From Octopus bimaculoides (taxonomy: Eukaryota): a stretch of DNA of 64,000 nucleotides. The stretch lies in the NCBI RefSeq assembly GCF_001194135.2, contig NC_069006.1, positions 7,046,066 to 7,110,065 on the forward strand, given 5' to 3'. Made by a program: the position numbers and the translations under genes. Each line of letters starts with the position of its first letter. Position 1 is the first letter of the stretch. Below, piece after piece: positions 51,511-63,144 of the stretch. The notes under the pieces were generated by a model, which ran no database searches, had not been told where the DNA came from, and saw only the letters and a program-made list of their open reading frames with translations.

Positions 51511-52389
51511 CAGAGCCAGTTCTTATAGAAGAGCTGCATGACTTCTCATATTTAGAAGAGAGGGAGAGAATGTTTCATGGGAGCTGCAGGGAGATGAAAT
51601 GTGGTGATGAGATGTACAGGTGACTCCTCAAGACAGGAGGGGGAAAGAGGTGACTGATGAGACAGATGAGGTAGGAGTGTGTGGACTTGCAAGAATGTAG
51701 AGGCAGGGAATGGGAGAAAGGAGAGGAGACAAGCAAGAACAATAAAGACAGGGTAGGGTTAGAGGGTGGATGTAAGGAGTGGTGGATAAGTCATGGGGAT
51801 AACCAATGATGTAGGAGTTAGGGAAGATAGAGGTGCAGAAAAGGGGGAAGCAGGGATGGAGGGGGACAAAAGAGGGATGATGTAGTTGCGTAGGCTGCAA
51901 AAACCTCCACTGTTTTTCTTCCATTATGCCCTTCCTTACTTTATCGCTTTGTAGTGCTACATAAGTTGAACTCATACCCTCTGCTTTCACCTTCTTGGTT
52001 ATCATCCACTTTTCTATTCACACACTCAATTATGTTGACCATGAAAGAACATAGACAACATAGAGTAGAGTAATTTCCTTTTTTGGACTTGCAAGGGACG
52101 AAGGAACCTCTTGAATGCTGGTGCCTTGATAAAATGGGCCCAGTACTCTCTATAAAATGGTTGGCAAATGACTGGAGATAACATAGATTTAAGATGATTT
52201 TTTAGTCTTATTGAGGAAAAGGCATTCCCTCTAGTGTAGGTGCCACAGCATAATGCACCCAGATAATGTATGAGTGTGAAAGATTATAAAAGACAATGTA
52301 GGCAACAGAGGATGAGGAGGTTTAATTTGTTATAACAGGCTTTTTTTTTAAGTTATGACAGTATGCTGTCATAATGTGAGAATAATAAT

Positions 52390-52640
52390 GAGTAGACAGA
52401 CAGACAGACAGGCAGATAGATAGATAAAGATAGATAGATAGATAGATAAAGATAGATAGATAGGTAGATAGAGAGATAAATAAATAGGTAGACAGACAGA
52501 TAGATTGATGGATAGATAGATAGACAGATAGATAGATAGATAGACAGACAGATAGGTAGATAGACAGACAGACAGATAGATAGATAAATAAATACACATA
52601 CAGACTGATAGATAGACAGACAGACAGATAGACTGATTGA
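52390..52640. repeat. (GATA)n/(GACA)n compound microsatellite
   Basis: Direct inspection. Confidence 0.95.
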
Positions 52641-53457
52641 TAAGTAGATAGACAGAATGGAATGGAAAAGGTAAGGAATTACTCTAAATATATGGCACGA
52701 AACCCAGATTGAGCCTTGTTGCTTGGTGTATTTCTATAGCTCAGGTATAATGCCATACTATGCTTGTGTAAAGTGGTTGGTTTTAGAAAGGGCATCCAAC
52801 TATACAACCATCTTTTATCCTTTACTTGTTTCAGTCATTAGACTGCGACCATGCTGGAGCATCACCCTGAAGAACTTTTAGTTGAATGAATTGATCTCAG
52901 GACTTACTTTTTTAAGCTTGGTACTAACACTAGCAGTCTCTTTTGCTGAACCACTAGGTTATGGGGGACATAAACAGACCAACACTAGTTGTCAGGCAGT
53001 GGTGGGGCACACACACACATACACACACACACATACACACACACACACATACACACACACACACACCAGGAGCTTCTTTCGGTTTCTGTCTATCAAATCC
53101 ACTCACAAGACTTTGGTCGGCTCGAGGCTGTCATAGGTGACTCTTACTCATGCAGTGGGACTAAACCAGGAACTTATGTAGTTGGGAAGTAAGCATTTTG
53201 CCATTACAGCCACACCAGCACCATATCAGAAAATGGAACATACAAGGGAGGGATGATCATCCAACAAACTTAAGAGGGCAGAAACTCTGATTAAAAGCTG
53301 ACTCAGTCTGTGGTGACCCATTTAATCAATTCCAGTGTGGAAAGTGGATTTGAAGTGATGATGATGATGTGTGTAGTGTCAGGAGTAATGATGGCAGGGG
53401 CGGGGGTGTTTTGAGACCCACAATAGTCTTGTTTTGCTGATGACTGTTCAACATCTC

Positions 53458-53881
53458 CAGGGCTGGGTTAAAACCCATAGAGGCCCTAAGCACTTAAAAA
53501 AAGGTTTTGGTGTCCTCATATTTAAATAATTCAAAATATAACCATGAAATGAAGTTATAGTTTTCAAAATGAAGCAAAACTAGCAGTAAGATGATGGAAA
53601 ATAATGTTTATTTTTGTATACTTCCACGTTATTTATACTTGAAAAGCTTTCTCTTTTTTCATTGCAAAGTCTTTGATCAGATCCTCAAAATTAATCTTAT
53701 GTAACCCATCAGCTTCTAAACTTTGTAGAGATAAGGCATCCCAAATATGATTTCAGCAAGTTTAAAGTGATTTCTTTTGTGCCATAAACCATTTACTATT
53801 TTTGTGATGCCCCCTACCACCATCCTGTCACTTGATGTCCTAAGCACATGCTTGTTTTGCTTAATGGTTAATCCAGTGCTG
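53458..53881 (-). mobile_element. hAT-derived non-autonomous element retaining a transposase C-terminal remnant
   Basis: TIRs cagggctgggttaa / ttaatccagtgctg; minus strand reads DALSLQSLEADGLHKINFEDLIKDFAMKK, like the end of the hAT dimerisation region. Confidence 0.7.
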
Positions 53882-54314
53882 AGTAACCACTGTAAAGTGG
53901 TTGGTGATAGGAAGGGCGTTTAACCATAGAAGCTAGGTCAAACAACACACATACAAACAATAGTCCACTGAGAGCAGCACTTTCCAATAAGAAATGACTT
54001 GGATTGTGATGACCTGTCCAACTGATGCTAAAACGGAAAGCAGACATAAAACAAGGAGGAGGATGAAAGTGATGTGTGTGTGTATGTATATGGTACCACA
54101 TAAAAAACATCCAGTACACTCTGCAAAATTGTTGATATAGAGAAGGGCATCCAACCATGGACACAAAGCCAAAACAGACTATCGAACCTGTTGCGGCCCC
54201 TGACCTTGCCAGTTCCTGTCAAGCTGTCCAACCCATGCCAGCATGGAAAGCAGACATTGAATTATGATAATGATGTACGTATATATGTATATCATGTGTG
54301 TGTGTGTGTGTGTA

Positions 54315-54552
54315 CAGGGTGTAATGGGTAAATTGTTGCCATTTCATACTTCTAATTTTGCACATGCGCAATGTTTGTTTTTCATTTTGTTGACTATACA
54401 GTATAGTAGGGACAGTTGGGCACTATCTCTGAAAAAAACAACACCATGATGCAATTCACTCTGCCAGAAATTTGGAAACAACATGCTGTACTGCTTGGCA
54501 TTCGTGCCGGGTGTTTGGGTATCAATCTGAGGACAGTAGAGAGGATTTGGAA
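54315..54552 (+). mobile_element. Tc1/mariner-type transposon 5' end with start of transposase, truncated by a SINE
   Basis: TA|CAGGGTGT terminus; MMQFTLPEIWKQHAVLLGIRAG..CLGINLRTVERIWK is helix-turn-helix-like. Confidence 0.65.
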
Positions 54553-54554
54553 AG

Positions 54555-55085
54555 GGTTACTCTTTTACTTGTTTCAGTCATTTGACTGTGGCCATGCTGG
54601 AGCACTGCCTTTAGTTGAGCAAATTGACCCCAGGACTTATTCTTTGTAAGCTTAGTACTTATTCTATTGGTCTCTTTTGCCCAACCACTAAGTTACGGGG
54701 ACGTAAACACCAGCATCGGCTGTCAAGCGATGTTGGGGGGACAAACACAGACACACAAACATATACATACACGCACATATATACATATATACGTCGGGCT
54801 TCTTTCAGTTTCCGTCTACCAAATCCACTCACAAGGCCTTGGTCGCCCCGAGACTATAGTGGGACTGAACCCGGAACCATGTTTGTATATCTATGTTTAT
54901 CCCCCCCAACATCGCTTGACAACCGATGCCGATGTGTTTACGTCCCCGTAACTTAGCTGTTTGGCAAAAGAGACCAATAGAATAAGTACTAGGCTTACAA
55001 AGAATAAGTTCTGGGGTTGATTTGCTTGACTAAAGGTGGTGCTCCAGCATGGCCTCAGTAAAATGACAGAAACAAGTAAAAGAAT
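54555..55085. mobile_element. Two SINE family A copies in opposite orientation
   Basis: 54555-54880 minus and 54880-55085 plus 3' half. Confidence 0.85.
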
Positions 55086-55117
<32 letters not shown>

Positions 55118-56062
55118 GTATGTATGTATGTATATATATGTACAGTTATCATATTGTAACCTCACGGAATAATACTAAAAGAGAAGATATTTTAGCAGAC
55201 ACATATGAACATAATATGTCTATAGCAATAGTTTCATACCTCTGGTAATTATGTACCAGGCGAAAATGAAATAAAATATATTGTAGCCAATACACCTCAG
55301 AAATAGACACGCATGACTGATCACAATGTTCACCATTGCTGTGGTCATCACCAGGATCTATAGATGTACAGGAATAGATTGGACAGTGGAGAGGGTACGG
55401 CATGTCTAGATTGTCACAGTGCTTGCAGTATGATCATTTTTCAAAATATGTAATATGATCCTCAATGCTATAATGTCGTGGTGTAAGTAGGAATATAAAT
55501 CTAAGAGCTTACCACATTGTATGGCTGACTGCCCCTGCATGATAGGACTACCACAAGGTGTAGTCCTTGTTGTTGATGGTTTGTGTACCTGAATGATCCT
55601 GAGTGCTAGACCAGCAGAGCAGAACCTCCTGATAGTGTCACCTGTGCTGTACAGGTCAAAGGACAGAGGCCAGACTAATATGGAGCATTTCTTCTCAGAG
55701 TTGAAAATAAGTTCACACGAGGCCAACACCCTTACTTAGGAGAAAAAAAAGCAAAGTTACAGAAGCAACCATGAACTTTTCAAAACCTACAAAACCTGAG
55801 AGATGAAGGCCTTCCCTCAGGAAAACCTGGATCCCACAATGGAGGTGGAAGAGAGAACACCTCTGAAATAGCTGGGGGTAGGATACTCAGACCAAGCAGA
55901 ACAAGAAGATTGCAGCAACCTGCATGATAGTGGCATGCAGACCATCACATCACTTGTTCAACATTGTGTTTGTATTTTTCACTTTCGTTTTTCGAATTCA
56001 GTGTGCACATGCACATTGTGAGTTCGTTCTTTTTCTGATTCAAACTCAAAACTGTTTACAGA

Positions 56063-56810
56063 TCACAACCATCTCACAAACTGTGTTTCCATTGTGAAGA
56101 AAACAAGGATCCAACTGATGAGATCCATAGTTAAAAAAAGCAAGGATCCAGCTGAAAAGATCTACTGTGAAAAAAACAAGGATCCAACTGAAGAGATCCA
56201 TTGTGAAAAAGGCAAGGATCCAACTGAAAAGATGCATTGTGAAAAAAGCCAGGGTCCAACTGAAGAGATCTGCTGTGAAAAAAACAAGGATCCGACTGAA
56301 AAGATCTATTGTGAAAAAAGCAAGGATCCAACTGATGAGATTCGTTGTGAAAAAAACAAGGATCCGTCTGAAGAGATCTATTGTGAAAAAAACAAGGATC
56401 CGACTGAAAAGATCCATTGTGAAAAAAGCAAGGATCCAACTGATGAGATTCGTTGTGAAAAAAACAAGGATCCGTCTGAAGAGATCCATTGTGAAAAAAG
56501 TCAGGATCCAACTGAAGAGATTCACTGTGAAAAAAACAAGGATCCGACTGAAGAGATCCACTGTGAAAAAAACAAGGGTCCAACTGATGAGATTCGTTGT
56601 GAAAAACACAAGGATCCGACTGAAGAGATCCATTGTGAAAAAAGTCAGGATCCAACTGAAGAGATCCACTGTGAAAAAAACAATGATCCAACTGAAAAGA
56701 TCCATTGTGAAAAAAGCAAGGATCCAACTGGAAAGGGGGCTCAGAGTCGAGAACATTTGAGAAGAGTTGGTGATAATGCTACACAAGGAAGAAAGGGTTT
56801 AACCCTTTAA
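56063..56810 (+). CDS. Putative coding exon or pseudo-exon of 12-aa repeats (CEKNKDPTEEIH)n; product unknown
   Basis: Open frame through units 2-18; several inter-unit changes are synonymous in this frame; acceptor-like tttacag| at 56061; one-base lesion in unit 2; stop supplied by a downstream MITE. Confidence 0.45.
56093..56731 (+). repeat. 36-bp minisatellite, about 17.7 units, consensus tgtgaaaaaaacaaggatccaactgaagagatccat
   Basis: Units read out by eye; units 3-17 are 36 bp each, unit 2 is 37 bp. Confidence 0.97.
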
Positions 56811-57310
56811 CATTTAGATTGCTTTGAGGTAATATTTATCCCTACTTAAACAGGTATGTACTGTTAGAACAAACTATACTACAGTAGATAGCAAGAGAGA
56901 AGCTCTCAGATTGGCTTTTGGTGCAAAATGCACTCTTGTTTATATCGCTAATAGGTAGATAAATCCCCCTCATCTTCAGTGCCGAGACCATCAGATAACA
57001 TGATTTCGACTTTCCTTGCTTTTGTCGATGATGGATGCTTGACCGCTAGAAACAGCAGTGATCTAACAGAGTATCCATGTTGAAGTGCGGATAAGTATTA
57101 ACACTTCCTCTGTCACTAATGTATATTCAGATGACTCTGTCAAATGTAAACTTTATTTATTTACATTTTTAAAAAATAATCCTGCATTTTCTCATAGCTT
57201 TGAGATTTTAATGATGGGATTGTTTATTTTTAGAACGAAATTGTAGGGTAGGTATGAGAGGCTGGATCTCAGATAAAACAGACAGAATATTTTGGTAGGA
57301 TTTGGGGTTA
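56803..57310 (+). mobile_element. piggyBac-type MITE family 2 interrupted by a 305-bp insertion
   Basis: ttaa-ccctttaacatttagat at 56799-56819; MITE resumes attcagatgactctgtcaaatg at 57125. Confidence 0.7.
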
Positions 57311-57386
57311 AGTAAGTGCATATATGTTATAGGACAACTTGATCTGGGCTGACCTGAGGCCACATAAGAACAACAGAATTGTTGTT

Positions 57387-57610
57387 TAACCCTTTAAAAT
57401 TTAATCCGGCCACATCCAGCCAAAATATTCTACTTGCTTTGTGTTCAAACTAACCTGATCTGATATCTCACACCTACCCTACAATGTCATTTTGAACATA
57501 ACCAATCACTACATCGAAATCTCAAGGTTACAAGATAATAATTAATCCAAAACAATGTGGATAAATAAGGATTACATTTGACAGAGTAATTTGTATGCTA
57601 AAGGTTTAAA
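57387..57610 (-). mobile_element. piggyBac-type MITE family 2
   Basis: ttaaccctttaaaattt...tgctaaaggtttaa. Confidence 0.8.
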
Positions 57611-57859
57611 ATCTGTGTTTAAAACCTGCCTCCTGTTAATCCCAGTTGAGCAGATCTATAATCAAAGATAATGCCACATGGCACCTTGAGTGCCTGTTGC
57701 TGACTCTTCTCTGTTGCAAGTATTTGGGGCAAGGCCCTGGTTTGAGGGTATTGTCCTCCTTCCTTCCTATCACCACCAGTCTTGGAGGTACTGGAAATGA
57801 CCACACGGACATCACTGGATTTCTTCCTCTCTGAAAGATTAGCAAAAAGACAGATCTAT

Positions 57860-58100
57860 CATATGTGCATGCGTGTGTGTGTGTGTGTGCACATGTGTGT
57901 GTGTGTATGTACGTTTGTGTGTGTATGCATGTGTGTGCGTATCTGTGTGCGTGCGTATGTGTATGTATGTGTGTGTATGTGTGGTGTGTTTGTGTGCATG
58001 CGTCTGTGTGTAATCGTGTGTGTGATGTGTGTGTATGGGTGTACATGTGTTTGGTGTATATGTATGTGCATGTGTGGCATGTGTGTGTGTGTGTGTAAAC
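57860..58100. repeat. Degenerate (TG)n microsatellite
   Basis: Direct inspection; source of the CVCV/HTHT ORFs. Confidence 0.95.
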
Positions 58101-58915
58101 AGTGTCCGAGGGGAGTGACGGTGGTCTGTGTTAGTGACATTATATGGTGATGTATGCTAGTTCCTGTAAGTTTGTATATTGCGAGGTCAAAGGCTTATAT
58201 TACCTCAGGGGACATAAGAGGAACTTGACCCTTCATGCAAGAGAGAGAAGTTTCTTTTCCCTCACAGACAAAAGGAAAGTTCCAAAACAAACAAATTCTT
58301 CTTTTCCCTAAGGAATATGAACTTATTCTTACTCCTGTAATTTATTTGGTCTCTAGGTATATATTTGTAGATATGTGTGTTTATTACCGGCATAATGCCT
58401 CTCCCAAGGTTTAATTGTATTTTTATATATATATATATTCTTTTATTCCTCTATTCTTTTACTTGTCTAAGTCATGTGACTGCGGACATGCTGGAGCACC
58501 ACCGTTAGTCAGACAAATCGACCTCAAGACTTTTTCTTTGTAAGCCTAGTACTTATTCTATTGTCTTCTTTTGCTGAACCGCTAAGTTATGGGAACGTAA
58601 ACACACCAACATCGTTTGTCAAGCGATGTTGGGGGATAAAGCACACGTGCACACACACNNNNNNNNNNNNNNNNNNNNNNNNNNNNNNNNNNNNNNNNNN
58701 NNNNNNNNNNNNNNNNNNNNNNNNNNNNNNNNNNNNNNNNNNNNNNNNNNNNNNNNNNNNNNNNNNNNNNNNNNNNNNNNNNNNNNNNNNNNNNNNNNNN
58801 NNNNNNNNNNNNNNNNNNNNNNNNNNNNNNNNNNNNNNNNNNNNNNNNNNNNNNNNNNNNNNNNNNNNNNNNNNNNNNNNNNNNNNNNNNNNNNNNNNNN
58901 NNNNNNNNNNNNNNN

Positions 58916-58949
<34 letters not shown>

Positions 58950-58956
<7 letters not shown>

Positions 58957-59334
58957 TCTGGACTTTTAAGGGAAGGGGTTAGTTAATTACTTTGACCTCT
59001 GATGAAAGGCAAAGGTAACCTCGGCCAAATTTGAAGACAGAATCTAAAGCCTAGCATTTTGCCCAGTTTGTTATAACGATTCAACCATCTTGCTGCCTCT
59101 ATAATGGTAATGATAATAATCCTTTCGACTGTAGGCATAAGGCCTGAAATTTGGGGGTAGGGGGCAAGTCAATTACATTGACCCCAGTGTTCAACTGGTA
59201 CTTATTTCATTGACCCCCAAAAGGATGAAAAGCAAAGTCAACCTTCGCAGAATTCGAACTCAGAATGTAAAGACAGACGAAATTCTGTATAGCGTTTTGT
59301 CCAGCATGCTAACCCTTCTGCCAGCTCACCCACC

Positions 59335-59402
<68 letters not shown>

Positions 59403-59613
59403 TAATCCTTTCTACTATAGCAGAAGGGTAGAAATTTGTGGGGAGTGGGGTAACTTGATCACATTGACCCCAGCACTTGACTGGTACTTAATTTATCAAC
59501 CCTGAAAGGCAAAGTCGACGTTGGCGGAATTTGAACTCAGAACACAAAGATTGCAGAAATGCCACTAAGCAGTTTGCTCGGCGTGCTAACAATTCTGCCA
59601 GCTCACTGCCTTA

Positions 59614-59690
<77 letters not shown>

Positions 59691-59910
59691 AATAATGGTT
59701 TCTACTGGAAGCACAAGGCCTCAAATTTGGGGGAAGGGGTTAACTCAATTACATCGACCCCAGTGCGTAACTGCTACTTATTTTATCGATTCTGAAATGA
59801 TGAAAGGCAAAGTTGACCTCGGCAGAATTTGAACTCGGAATATAGCAGCAGACGAAATACTACTAAGCATTTCACCCAGCATGCTAACACTTCTAATCAG
59901 CTCACTGCTT
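58950..59910 (-). mobile_element. Head-to-tail array of four SINE family B copies separated by (AAT)n/(GAT)n
   Basis: Cores gaaaggcaaagg/gaaaagcaaagtc near 59005, 59225, 59505 and 59800; heads ccagctcac at about 59320, 59600 and 59900. Confidence 0.85.
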
Positions 59911-60903
59911 AATAATAATAATGATAATGATAACGAGGAGGAGGAGAAGAAGAAGAAGAAGAAGAAGAAACACATCTTGTTTGTCCCTGTAGATGTTGCT
60001 GTCAAAAAGATTATATTCCCAGGTCTACTCCTAAAACATTTAGAACATCCTGCATGATTGGGAGGGAAATAGTTTCTTTCGTGAATGAATTTCTTCAAAA
60101 AAAAAAAGGAGAAACTGGTTTATACAAGTTTGATATTTGTTTTCTGCAAGATTTGGTTCAAGGAGGCCAAAGTCTGTGCTATGATTGGACAGTTTCAACC
60201 TGACACCCGACAAGCTACGTAGGGTGAGGGTGGGGCAGATTTAGCTGTTATTTTTAGCAGATCACACTGCCTTGCAGAAGCTCCGTCGTTGGCGGAATGA
60301 TAAAACTGTTGATGGTTATGGTGTTGATGATAATGGTGATGATGATGGTCGTGGAATGGGGTGATTAGGGTCAGGTGTGATGGCGGTGGTGGTGGTGGTG
60401 GTGGTGGTGATGTTGTGGCCTCATGGCAGTCATCGTTGAGTAAATTTATGATTAAAGGCATTACAGCTGTGACTGTCTTGTATTTAAGCATAGGATATCT
60501 AAGACTACATTATCCATTGTGTCTTTCTTTTGTATGAGATGGAAGTATGGGCATTGAGAGAGATTTAGCTGCTATTTCTGGCTAGTTAAGTGACTATATA
60601 GAGGCTGCCTTGTTTGCTTGGTCATAGTGTTGTTCATGACTATGGTGATGATGATGTGTTGTTGTTAGTGATGGTGATAGTGATGGTGGTGGTGGTAGAG
60701 GAAATGTTGATGGTGGTGTGTCGTGAAAGCACGTGGCTCAGTGGTTAGGGTATTGGGCTCAGGGTTATAAGGTCATGATTTCAATTCCCAGCAGGGTGTT
60801 GTGTCCTTGAGCAAGACACTTTATTTCACATTGCTCCAGTCCACTCAGCTGGCAAAAATGAGCAGTACCTGTAATTCAAAGGGAGCCAGCCTTGTCACAT
60901 TCT

Positions 60904-61115
60904 TATTTCTTTATTGCCCACAAGGGGCTAAACATAGAGGGGACAAACAAGGGAATTAAGTCGATTACATCAACCCCAGTGCATAACTGGTACTTTATTT
61001 ATCAACCCTGAAAGGATGAAAGGCAAAGTCGACCTCGGCAGAATTTGAACTCAGAAACTAAAGATGGACGAAATTTCGCCCGGAGTGCTAACGTTTCTGC
61101 CAGCTCGCCGCCTTG
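60904..61115 (-). mobile_element. SINE family B (alternative tail) inserted with a 14-bp target-site duplication
   Basis: ccttgtcacattct at 60890-60903 and 61111-61124. Confidence 0.9.
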
Positions 61116-61167
61116 TCACATTCTGTGTCACACTGAATCTCCCCGAGAACTATGCTAAGGGTACACG

Positions 61168-61334
61168 CAGGGCTGGCCCTAGGGTTGCTGGCACCCAAGG
61201 CAAGCTAGACTTTGGCATATACAAGCTGACAGTTGTGGAAATTCCCTTGTCTTTGTCACACCCTCTTTTGGTGCCCCCTAGCACATGGCACCCCGGGCGA
61301 CTGCCTGAGTTGCCAGTACCTTGAGCCAGCCCTG
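61168..61334. mobile_element. 167-bp hAT-type MITE
   Basis: TIRs cagggctggc / gccagccctg; degenerate 8-bp TSD ggtacacg / ggtactca. Confidence 0.75.
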
Positions 61335-61542
61335 GGTACTCATGTCTGTGGAGTACTCAACCACTTGCGTGTTACTTTAATGAGCTTGCTGTTCTGTTGA
61401 TCAACTGGAATACTCGTCATTATAAACAAAAAGGTACCAGTTGATGGTACCAAATACCATGAAAGTTTCATGCATAGATCGAAGAACTCCACCTTTCTAC
61501 ATCAAACAGTAGCTTCATAGGTCAGGTTCCAGATGTTGTTTT

Positions 61543-61830
61543 ATTCGTGATTTTCTGAATGAATATTTTCCAGGGAGAAGGCTCGGGTGTTGCAGGCCAA
61601 TTGAATGGGCACCATTTTCACCAGAGTTAACTCCCATGGACTTTTTCTTCTGGGTCTACATTAAATCGCTTGTGTATTCTGAAAAGGTTCGTGACCAAGG
61701 ATATCTTCTTCAAAGAATTGTTAAAGCATGTGAACAAGTCAACGTCAATGAAAAGCTATTTGACAGGGTTCATTGTAATTTCAAATTCCATATGAACATT
61801 TGTTTAGAGCTACATGGCCAACACCATTAG
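61543..61830 (+). pseudogene. Tc1/mariner-superfamily transposase C-terminal fragment
   Basis: IRDFLNEYFPGRRLG...IEWAPFSPELTPMDFFFWVYIKSLVY matches the WPPRSPDLTPLDFFLWG-type motif; catalytic Asp of SPD is replaced by Glu; no N-terminus. Confidence 0.85.
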
Positions 61831-61949
61831 TCAAGCAAATTAACCCTGAGACATATTCTTTGTAAGCCTAGTACTTATTCAGTTGTCAAGCGATATTGGG
61901 GGGGGGGGACAAACACAGACACACAAACACACACATACACATACATACA

Positions 61950-61999
<50 letters not shown>

Positions 62000-62084
62000 C
62001 CCTTTGACAGGTCTTATTTTCGTCCTGCAGGGTGTCCAACAACACCCTCCTCACCAAGCAAGCCTGGTGGGGTTTCCAGTTTAG

Positions 62085-62400
62085 TCGCCGACGAACCTCA
62101 AATCTCACCTGCGAACCCATGGAAAACAAACCTCATCCAGCTATTCTGATTATATGTCTGTGCACACGTTTGAACGTGGTGTGTGCCAGAGGGTTTGCAA
62201 ATCCAATGGGGGTCTTAAAAGACATGTTAGGATCCACAATGAGCAGAACTTACTTGCAGGTATTGGTAGTGCAAATCAGAGGTGCAATTTGTGTGGGTGT
62301 TTTTTCAAAACACTGTCTGGTTTAAAAAGCCACATCAGACGCCATGAAAGGGCTAAGGTGTAGGTGCAGGAGGTGGTCAAACTCTGTTTAAGGAGTAGAC
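62085..62400 (+). pseudogene. Fragment encoding two and a half C2H2 zinc fingers, probably a LINE ORF2 C-terminus
   Basis: SPTNLKSHLRTH; FERGVCQRVCKSNGGLKRHVRIH (first Cys lost); CNLCGCFFKTLSGLKSHIRRH; no TGEKP linkers; stop at 62082 upstream. Confidence 0.7.
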
Positions 62401-62586
62401 AACCACCATATATATATATATATATATGACGGGCTTCTTTCAGTTTCCATCAACCAAATCCACTCACAAGGCTTTGGTCGGCCCAAGGCTATAGTGGAAG
62501 ACACTTGCTCAAGGTGTCATGCAGTGGGACTGAACCTGGAACCATATGGTTGGGAAGCAAGCTACTTACCACACAGCCACTCCTGC

Positions 62587-62635
<49 letters not shown>

Positions 62636-63106
62636 CATGTATGTATGTTTGTATGTATGTATGTATGTATTTGTGTGTCTGTGTTTGTCCCCCCCTCCCA
62701 CCATCACTTGACAGCTGATGTTAGAATGTTTGGCAAAACTGATATTAATGTGTTAGTGGTTCAGCATAAGAGACTGCTAGGATAAGTACTAGGCTTGCAA
62801 AGAATAGGTCCTGGGGTCGATTTGTTCAAATAAAGGCGGAGCACCAGCATGGCCGCAGTCAAATGACTGAAAGAAGTAAAAGAATAAAAAGAAAAAGAAA
62901 AAAAAAGAATATATATACAGTCCACTCTGGTGAGTGGTTGGCATTACAGGAAGGGCATCCAGCTGTAAAAATCCTGCCAAAGCACTAACGGAAGTCTGGT
63001 GTGGGCTTCTGCTTGGCTGGCTCTTGTGAAACCGTCCCACCCATGCTAGCATGAGAGGTGGACATTAAACGACGACGATGATAATAATGATGATGATGAT
63101 GATACA

Positions 63107-63144
<38 letters not shown>

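Larger units (their letters stand above)
60727..61420 (+). mobile_element. SINE family C copy carrying two nested insertions
   Basis: Head gtggctcagtggttaggg...tttcaattccc; body gtacctgtaattcaaaggg...cttgtcacat / ctgtgtcacactgaatctccccgagaac...gggtacacg / tgtctgtggagt. Confidence 0.85.

Noticed and set aside
56093-56731. CRISPR-like array (36-bp repeats)
   Set aside because: No spacers, contiguous units, eukaryotic context and no cas genes
56046-56786. Minus-strand and alternative-frame ORFs over the 36-bp repeat (246, 198 and 197 aa)
   Set aside because: By-products of a stop-free repeat unit; the substitution pattern favours the CEKNKDP frame over the alternative plus frame
21529-58986. 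Long ORFs made of X, YI, CV or HT runs
   Set aside because: Artefacts of N-gaps and dinucleotide microsatellites
59991-60055. Kinase-like DVAVKK...KHLEHP after an acceptor
   Set aside because: Spacing too short for kinase subdomains II-IV, in-frame stop follows, and no other kinase motifs (HRD, DFG) found nearby
54315-61830. One large Tc1/mariner element joining the 54.3 kb 5' end and the 61.5 kb C-terminal fragment
   Set aside because: 7 kb apart, no middle portion and no matching right TIR seen; probably different families
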